Made by a program: the position numbers and the translations under genes. From the IMG/VR virus record IMGVR_UViG_2548876959_000009: a stretch of 16,706 nt of DNA. The stretch is one strand, 5' to 3'. Source of the stretch: a virus. Its lineage: Duplodnaviria; Heunggongvirae; Uroviricota; Caudoviricetes. The notes beneath the pieces were generated by a model. It searched no databases, was not told the origin of the DNA, and saw nothing but the letters and a program-made list of their open reading frames with translations. Positions 10,782-16,706 of the stretch are shown here, piece after piece; position 1 is the first letter of the stretch, and each line of letters begins with the position of its first letter.

Positions 10782-11834
10782 TTAGCTGTCGGCGAACTTC
10801 AGGCCAGTGATCATCGCGCACTTGCCATAGTCTTCAACGACATAAGCGTCATTGATGGACTGGTAGGTGGCGATGCGGTTGTATTCCGGCTCGTCTTTCA
10901 TCAGGCGACGCATTGAACCTTTCTGCCAGTAAATCGACAGGTTGTTGAACGAGGTGATAAGCATCGTTGCATCCGGGAAGAACGGCGCAAGGAACACGCC
11001 CAGCCCGCCAATGGTGCGCGATGACAGGATGAGCTGCCCGGCAAGTAATTCCGCATTGGGATTCTGGCCGCTGATGCTGTTCAGCACGGGCAGACGCAGC
11101 GAGTTAAACAGGTTGCGCCCCATAATCACCGCGAGGTCGTCAGCTTCCTTGTGCCATTCATCCAGCAGGGATGAGCGCGCATCCTGTACCAGAGCATCGG
11201 CATTCGCATACTTACCCGCGTGCGCCACAGTGTTGTCCATGTTGCGGGAGGTCAGCGTCACGTCATTCATTACGCGCTCGCTGGCATCGGTTCTGATGTG
11301 CTCCAGCCAGCCCACGTTAACGTCCTGAAGCAGCTTGTTGGTGTGAAAATCAGACTCGTAGGCGTGGGATGTGCCGTTAAAGCCAATCATGATGCGATCA
11401 AGCGCTACCTGCCGGGCGATCTGTGTACTGATACGGGACTGAAAATCGCTGTGGGCCGCCCAGGTATCAAGCTGTGGGTACGAAATAAAGGTATCGTAGT
11501 TCACCTGTTCGCACTGGTACTGACGAGACTTCATATCGATCACGTTATTCGGGTTACGGCGTTTGATGCCGTCATAACTGCTATTCGTGCGCGCAATTGG
11601 CCCGGTGGTGTCCAGGAGGATTTTTTCGCCTTTCTGGTCGGTCACGCCGATCACGTTAATTCTTTTCGTAAATTCGGTACTTTCCTTTGAGGCGTTTTCA
11701 AAACGCTGCTGCACCGCGGGTTCCACGGTAAATCGCGATACCAGTGCAGATACCGGGATATTGTTAAGCGACGCCTGCTGCGCCATATAGCAACCCAGCT
11801 TGTTGCGGGTAATATCTGACATCACCAGATTCAT
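10782..11834 (-). CDS. N: Major capsid protein N (P2 gpN-like)
   Basis: 350 aa with FTVEP, MIGFNG, VGWL, YFPDATMLIT, NLSIYWQ and YVVEDYG blocks matching P2 gpN. AAGGAG RBS upstream. Confidence 0.9.
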   Translation of the reverse strand: MNLVMSDITRNKLGCYMAQQASLNNIPVSALVSRFTVEPAVQQRFENASKESTEFTKRINVIGVTDQKGEKILLDTTGPIARTNSSYDGIKRRNPNNVIDMKSRQYQCEQVNYDTFISYPQLDTWAAHSDFQSRISTQIARQVALDRIMIGFNGTSHAYESDFHTNKLLQDVNVGWLEHIRTDASERVMNDVTLTSRNMDNTVAHAGKYANADALVQDARSSLLDEWHKEADDLAVIMGRNLFNSLRLPVLNSISGQNPNAELLAGQLILSSRTIGGLGVFLAPFFPDATMLITSFNNLSIYWQKGSMRRLMKDEPEYNRIATYQSINDAYVVEDYGKCAMITGLKFADS

Positions 11835-11857
11835 AAAAAATTTGCTCCTTTGTCTTA

Positions 11858-12694
11858 TCAGAAGTCAGCCAGCTGGTCGGAGGCTGCGCCCGTTGCGGTG
11901 AAGCGGTTCTGCGGATCGCCGTCCTGCGTGCGCAGTTTTTCCTTCAATGCTGTCAGCTCTGTGGTCAGTGACGTGATTTTCTGGCGGTCCTGCTGATGGC
12001 GGGTTTCCAGCACATTAAAACGGTCGATAATGTCGGCCTGTGACGTTGCAACGCCTTCCACCGCTTCCTGAATTCGGGAGAAACTGGCGTCATCCGCTTT
12101 GCGGCCACGACCAATAATCCCCATTACGCGGTTAAACCACTGGGTGCCTTCTTCCTGGCGTTGTTCTGCCATTTCGATGATTTCAGACTCGATGGCTTCG
12201 GAGATAAGCGGTGCTTCACCCTGGATACTGTTGAACGTCATCACCGCCTGACGTTGCTGTGCCGTGAATTTCAGGCGCTCAGTGCCCAGGCTTGCCGGGG
12301 TGTCGGTCATCGCCAGCCCGACCAGATAGGCGCGCCCGTTAACGGAGAACTGCGGGTGCAGTTCGATACTGGAATAGATTTTCTTGCCGTCAGCGACAAG
12401 CTGCTTCATGCGCTCGGTCGGTTCGATTTCTGCATACAGCGCAGTACGTCCGGCCAGCGGGCCTTCCGTAATATCTTCCGTACTCAGCGCGGTGACATCG
12501 CCCATTGCGGAAAATTCGCTTGACGGGCATGGCGAGAGATAGTGCTCAACGTTCACGCGGGCAGCGTAAACATCCGGGTTGAAGTTCTCGGCGGCTTCAC
12601 GCAGATGTACCTGGCTGATTTCGCGGCCATCAACAGTTGATCCGGAGACAGCCACGCGAAACTTTTTGCGGGATGTCTTTTTTTCATTAGCCAT
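11858..12694 (-). CDS. O: Capsid scaffolding protein O (P2 gpO-like)
   Basis: Start at the internal ATG at 12694 (MANEKKTSRKKFRVAVSGSTVDGREIS), which has a GAGGGG RBS. YLVGLAMTDTPASLGTE matches P2 gpO. Confidence 0.85.
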   Translation of the reverse strand: MANEKKTSRKKFRVAVSGSTVDGREISQVHLREAAENFNPDVYAARVNVEHYLSPCPSSEFSAMGDVTALSTEDITEGPLAGRTALYAEIEPTERMKQLVADGKKIYSSIELHPQFSVNGRAYLVGLAMTDTPASLGTERLKFTAQQRQAVMTFNSIQGEAPLISEAIESEIIEMAEQRQEEGTQWFNRVMGIIGRGRKADDASFSRIQEAVEGVATSQADIIDRFNVLETRHQQDRQKITSLTTELTALKEKLRTQDGDPQNRFTATGAASDQLADF

Positions 12695-12848
12695 AGTTTT
12701 TGCCCCTCTGACTGGTTCTTCAGTCATGATGGCAAAGCGTAACAGGCTGATACAAAGGGCTTTTGTTGTAAGAAAACGGCCAGAACAGGGGGTTAAGGAG
12801 AACGGTTTCGCGCGCGGGTAATCTTCCTGTAATTACTCAGGGGGAGCA
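12695..12848. promoter_or_regulatory. Divergent late-promoter region between the O-operon (minus strand) and the P-Q operon (plus strand)
   Basis: A 154-bp gap between divergent operon starts, as in the P2 P/O control region. It holds an imperfect dyad TGTTGT-N-AGAACA around 12765-12787 that loosely resembles Ogr/Delta-type activator sites, though it is not the canonical TGT-N12-ACA. Confidence 0.4.
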
Positions 12849-14600
12849 ATGATTCAGGACGCTTTTGTGCGCCAGCGTGCGCGGCAACTTTACTGGCAGG
12901 GTTATCCGCCCGCAGAAATATCACGTCTGATGGGAATAAACCCGAACACGATTTATGCGTGGAAAAAACGCGACCAGTGGGATGAAACGCCACCCGTGCA
13001 GCGTGTCACGCAGTCCATCGATGCGCGCCTCATCCAGCTTACTGAAAAACAGAATAAAACAGGCGGTGACTTTAAGGAAATAGACCTGCTGACCCGGCAG
13101 CTTAAAAAAATGCATGATGGCCAGCCGGATGCGACGGCCACAGGAAAGAAAGGTCGGGCGAAAAAACTCAAAAATCATTTCACGCCGGAACAGATTGCCG
13201 CACTGCGGGAAAAAATCATCAGCAGGCTGGAGTGGCATCAGCGGGGCTGGTTTGACTCCCTGACCCTTTGCAGGGAAGCCGGGATACGTAACAGGATGAT
13301 CCTGAAATCCCGACAGATTGGCGCGACCTGGTATTTTGCACAGGAAGCACTGCTGATGGCGCTGCGTGACGATGTGGCGCAACCTTACCAGCGTAACCAG
13401 ATTTTTTTGTCTGCGTCGCGTCGTCAGGCGTTCCAGTTTAAAAGCATTATTCAGAAGGCCGCGGCTGAAGTTGATGTGGAGCTGAAAGGGGGCGATAAAA
13501 TCATCCTCTCCAACGGCGCAGAGCTGCATTTTCTCGGCACTTCTGCTGCGTCGGCGCAGTCCTATACGGGCAATTTTTATTTTGATGAATTTTTCTGGGT
13601 CAGTCGCTTTGCTGAACTGCGCAAGGTGGCTGGCGCTATGGCAACCCTCAGCGGATTGCGGCGCACCTACTTCTCCACGCCATCCACCGAAACGCACGAA
13701 GCATACGCCTACTGGAACGGCGACCGCTGGAACGAGAAAAAGGCCACGCATAAACGCCAGCGTTTTTCTGTGGACTGGAAAACGCTGCATAACGGGCTTA
13801 TCTGCCCTGACCGGACGTGGCGGCAAATTGTCACGCTGGAAGATGTGGTTAATCACGGCTGGAAACACACCGATATCGACGAAATTCGTGATGAAAACAC
13901 CGAAGACGAGTTCCTCAATCTCTATATGTGTGAGTTTGTCCGCGAAGGGGAATCGGCATTTAACCTGAATATCCTGATTGGCTGCGGTGTTGACGGATAC
14001 GACGACTGGAAAGACTGGAAACCTTTTGCTCCCCGCCCGATGGGGAATCGTCCGGTATGGATTGGGTATGACGCAAACGGCAGCAGTGGCAACGGCGACA
14101 GCGGCGCTGTGTCCGTGGTGGTTCCTCCGGCTGTTCCTGGTGGCCGTTTTCGAACGGTGGAGACGCGACGCGTTCAGGGGCTGGAGTTTGAAGAACAGGC
14201 CAGAGTCATTGAAGATTTCACGTATCGCTACAACGTGGAACACATCGGCATTGATGTGACGGGCGGGAACGGGGAGGCTGTTTATCAGATAGTGAAACGG
14301 TTTTTCCCTGCCGCTATTCCGTACACCTTCACGCTGTCATCAAAACGGTCGCTTGTACTGAAAATGCTGCAAATAATGCGTGCCGGGCGGTGGGAATACG
14401 ATCGCGCCGAACGCGAGCTGGTCGCGGCCTTTAACGCCGTGCGTAAGGTGAAAACACCGGGCGGCTTTATCACTTACGAAACGGACCGCGCGAGGGGGAG
14501 CAGCCACGGCGACCTTGCGTGGGCAACCATGCTTGCTGTCATTAACGAACCAATTGGCGGCGAAGGAGAAAACGAGCGTTTCACAGTTATGGAGTTCTGA
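12849..14600 (+). CDS. P: Terminase large (ATPase) subunit P (P2 gpP-like)
   Basis: 583 aa. The N-terminus RQRARQLYWQGYPPAEISRLMGINPNTIYAWK and the overall architecture match P2 gpP. Its stop overlaps the Q start. Confidence 0.9.
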   Translation: MIQDAFVRQRARQLYWQGYPPAEISRLMGINPNTIYAWKKRDQWDETPPVQRVTQSIDARLIQLTEKQNKTGGDFKEIDLLTRQLKKMHDGQPDATATGKKGRAKKLKNHFTPEQIAALREKIISRLEWHQRGWFDSLTLCREAGIRNRMILKSRQIGATWYFAQEALLMALRDDVAQPYQRNQIFLSASRRQAFQFKSIIQKAAAEVDVELKGGDKIILSNGAELHFLGTSAASAQSYTGNFYFDEFFWVSRFAELRKVAGAMATLSGLRRTYFSTPSTETHEAYAYWNGDRWNEKKATHKRQRFSVDWKTLHNGLICPDRTWRQIVTLEDVVNHGWKHTDIDEIRDENTEDEFLNLYMCEFVREGESAFNLNILIGCGVDGYDDWKDWKPFAPRPMGNRPVWIGYDANGSSGNGDSGAVSVVVPPAVPGGRFRTVETRRVQGLEFEEQARVIEDFTYRYNVEHIGIDVTGGNGEAVYQIVKRFFPAAIPYTFTLSSKRSLVLKMLQIMRAGRWEYDRAERELVAAFNAVRKVKTPGGFITYETDRARGSSHGDLAWATMLAVINEPIGGEGENERFTVMEF

Positions 14601-15646
14601 TGAGCAGAAAAAATAAAAAAGTGCGCATGAGTTCACGCATTGATCTCGCTGATGCGCTCAGGAAAGAATCGTCGCTCAGTGCATTCACTTTTGATGGTCC
14701 TTATCGCCTGACCGGGCATGATTTGCTGGACAATATGTACTGTGCTGATAACGGGCGGTGGTATGAAACCCCGGTGGACTGGTACGGTCTGGCAAGAGCC
14801 GCCCGGCAAACGTCCTGGCATCAGTCTGCGCTTTACTTTAAGCGCAACGTATTGCTCGGGTGCTACATCCCGCACCCGCTGCTTTCCCGGCAGGATTTCT
14901 CGGCGCTGGCGCTGGACTGGTTTGTGTTCGGTAACGCATTCCTTGAGCTTCGAAGCAATATGTTCGGCGAACCGCTTAAATTACGGCACGCCCTGGCGAA
15001 ATACATGCGACGCGGAAGCGATCTTGAATCATGGTGGTATGTGCAGGATGGCAAGGATGCGTTTCAGTTTCGCCCTGGCAAAGTGTGCCACCTGATGAAT
15101 CCGGACATTAACCAGGAAATTTACGGCATGCCGGAATATCTTGGCGCATTACTCTCGGCCAGCCTGTCTCATTCGGCGGACATGTTCAGAAAACTGTATT
15201 ACGACAATGGATCCCACGCCGGGTGCATCATCTACATCGGTGCAGCGCAGGTAAACCGCGAAAGCATGGACTCCCTGAAAGAAACGTTACAGGGTGCGCG
15301 TGGTGGTGGCGCGTTTAAAAACGTGCTCATCCATGCGCCCAACGGGGGCAAAGAGGGGGTGCAAATTTTGCCGTTCCAGCAGATCACCGCAAAGGATGAG
15401 TTCATGAATGTTAAGGCGGCATCCCGTGATGATGTGCTGGCTGCGCACCGCGTTCCGCCGCAACTGATGGGGGCGATGCCGGGCGAAAAAAGTGCGTTTG
15501 GTGATGTGGAGAAGGCCGCGCGGGTTTACGCAATTAACGAGCTGATGCCCGTCATGGAGGCCATGAAGCACATCAATGACTGGCTTGGCGAAGAGGTGAT
15601 CCGCTTTAACCCTTACGCACTGTTAGACACCCAACCCACATCCTGA
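14600..15646 (+). CDS. Q: Portal protein Q (P2 gpQ-like)
   Basis: 348 aa at the P2 gpQ position immediately downstream of P, with the same length class. Confidence 0.9.
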   Translation: MSRKNKKVRMSSRIDLADALRKESSLSAFTFDGPYRLTGHDLLDNMYCADNGRWYETPVDWYGLARAARQTSWHQSALYFKRNVLLGCYIPHPLLSRQDFSALALDWFVFGNAFLELRSNMFGEPLKLRHALAKYMRRGSDLESWWYVQDGKDAFQFRPGKVCHLMNPDINQEIYGMPEYLGALLSASLSHSADMFRKLYYDNGSHAGCIIYIGAAQVNRESMDSLKETLQGARGGGAFKNVLIHAPNGGKEGVQILPFQQITAKDEFMNVKAASRDDVLAAHRVPPQLMGAMPGEKSAFGDVEKAARVYAINELMPVMEAMKHINDWLGEEVIRFNPYALLDTQPTS

Positions 15647-15939
15647 CGCGCTTCGCTTGTCTGCTGCTTCGCTGGGGCATAAAAAATTTATGCCCCGACT
15701 CTCCAGCTCCTGTATCAATCAGATAATTTCACGACGCTTTCCTGCTTATTGCCATCATCGACAGTCAGACTCTTACGCAATCCCACCGCGTTGATTGCAT
15801 GTTCTCGCCGTCTCAGTGCGATTTTGACGGCCTTACCTTTCACCTCATCAAATCAAAAGCCCTCACGTCTTTTTCACGCTCAGCGTGAGAAATACAGCCA
15901 TTCTGTTGTGTCGCTGCGACATCGTTCAGGGGATGCTAT

Positions 15940-15980
15940 TTACCCCCTGAAACGCGGGCTGTTCCCCCGTCACCTGCGCG
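15940..15980. other. Candidate cos (cohesive-end) site of the prophage
   Basis: The reverse complement of GGGCTGTTCCCCCGTCACC resembles the G-rich 19-nt cohesive end of P2/186 as I recall it (GGCGAGGCGGGGAAAGCAC type). The location downstream of the portal gene is as in P2. This is a memory-based comparison, not an alignment. Confidence 0.2.
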
Positions 15981-16000
15981 CAGAAAAAGCGCGTTTTTTT
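15976..16000 (+). terminator. Intrinsic terminator for the P-Q late operon
   Basis: GC stem CGCGC (15977-15981) pairs with GCGCG (15989-15993), loop AGAAAAA, followed by seven T at 15994-16000. Confidence 0.6.
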
Positions 16001-16070
16001 GTGCACGCACGGATCCTTGACGGATCCAGCCGCCATACGGGCCGGAAGGGTAAAAAGTCGTTCAAAAAAA

Positions 16071-16100
16071 TTGTGCAAATTTGTGCACTTTTGTGCAAAC
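16071..16100 (+). repeat. Three phased 10-bp direct repeats: TTGTGCAAAT, TTGTGCACTT, TTGTGCAAAC
   Basis: Read directly from the sequence; helical-period spacing next to the terminator hairpin, in the non-coding post-portal region. Confidence 0.5.
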
Positions 16101-16102
16101 AA

Positions 16103-16123
16103 AAAGCGCCCCTGAGGCGCTTT
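16103..16123 (-). terminator. Hairpin terminator (possibly bidirectional) ending the convergent minus-strand small operon
   Basis: AAAGCGCC-CCTGA-GGCGCTTT: an 8-bp stem with 5-nt loop, with a T-rich run after it on the minus-strand transcript and TTTAGTGTTTT on the plus strand. Lies 35 nt downstream of the 87-aa ORF stop. Confidence 0.5.
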
Positions 16124-16157
16124 AGTGTTTTATAGGTTGTGTATATTTGCTGGGTCC

Positions 16158-16421
16158 TTATCCTGCTGTGCTTTCAACTGATGAGGGGAACAAAATCTTT
16201 TCATCAAACCCTGCATTCATATCATGGACAGCAACACACCAATCCATTGACGAACGATTATCAAGAGCCTCCATGATTTCATCCATGCGGCGTAGGTCAT
16301 ACAGGTAAATGCTTTTATCGCCAATGGTGTAAAAACCAATTTTTTTCGGTGATGGACAGCGATCAAGAACGTCCTGTAATTCGCTCAACCATGCTTGTTC
16401 TTTTTTTGTCAAAGTTGCCAT
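16158..16421 (-). CDS. Hypothetical small protein (87 aa), last gene of a convergent operon in the post-portal variable region
   Basis: Strong RBS AAAGGAGAG 4 nt before ATG (MATLTKKEQAWLSEL...). Acidic, no predicted transmembrane segment, no recognisable motif. The ORF track's longer version starts at an upstream TTG (16442). Confidence 0.5.
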   Translation of the reverse strand: MATLTKKEQAWLSELQDVLDRCPSPKKIGFYTIGDKSIYLYDLRRMDEIMEALDNRSSMDWCVAVHDMNAGFDEKILFPSSVESTAG

Positions 16422-16422
16422 A

Positions 16423-16599
16423 TCACTCTCCTTTGATGCCAATGTCTACAGCTTGGCAAGCCTCTTTGGTCACCCAGTCAATAGCGTCTTTCCATACTCC
16501 AGTTTCGACTGGCGGATTCTCACGCTTTACCTGTTCATAGAAACGCACCGCTCTAACCAGTCCATCTGGTACTGCTGGCGCTGGCGGCTCTCGATACAT
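16423..16599 (-). CDS. Hypothetical small ORF (58 aa) translationally coupled to the downstream 87-aa ORF
   Basis: ATG at 16599; stop TGA sits 1 nt before the next ATG (TGAtATG). Weak RBS, below the ORF-track size cut-off, no recognisable motif; its coding status is uncertain. Confidence 0.3.
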   Translation of the reverse strand: MYREPPAPAVPDGLVRAVRFYEQVKRENPPVETGVWKDAIDWVTKEACQAVDIGIKGE

Positions 16600-16706
16600 A
16601 GGGATAACACGTCGCAGGTCCGCGTATTTATCTGGCGGACACTGATATATCGTAAGCGTGCAGCAAGAACCGTATTGACGGGGATGTGTTATTCAGTCGG
16701 CAGTGC

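Noticed and set aside
12921-14243. 440-aa ORF on the minus strand inside the terminase large-subunit gene
   Set aside because: It is antisense to a strongly supported coding region (gpP), has low-complexity R/P/F-rich translation and no recognisable motifs; a shadow ORF.
16071-16100. Short direct repeats considered as a possible CRISPR array
   Set aside because: Only three 10-bp units with no spacers of CRISPR size and no cas genes; not a CRISPR.
15749-16135. 128-aa ORF on the plus strand across the post-portal gap
   Set aside because: It runs through two terminator hairpins, the 10-bp repeats and the candidate cos site; the translation is basic and low-complexity (R/S/K-rich) with no RBS context. 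Almost certainly non-coding.

Overview
This window is the late (virion plus lysis) region of a P2-like (Peduovirus-type) prophage in an enterobacterial genome, read in reverse of the usual P2 map. From left to right: an IS3-family transposase remnant (1-972) that cuts off the tail-fibre gene; then on the minus strand tail fibre H (truncated), I, J, W, V, S, R, a 626-aa DUF1737-like/SASA-type esterase cargo gene, the lysis cassette (o-spanin, i-spanin, M15 endolysin, holin), X, L, terminase small subunit M, major capsid N and scaffold O; a divergent late-promoter gap; then on the plus strand terminase large subunit P and portal Q. Beyond Q lies about 0.5 kb of non-coding sequence with terminators, phased short repeats and a possible cos site, followed by the distal end of a small convergent operon of two short unknown ORFs that runs off the window edge. 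The most interesting items are the esterase gene translationally coupled to the lysis genes, the IS-disrupted tail fibre, and the post-portal region, which sits where P2-like phages are known to carry variable anti-phage cargo. All assignments rest on reading the ORF translations against remembered P2 protein families and motifs; no database search was run.
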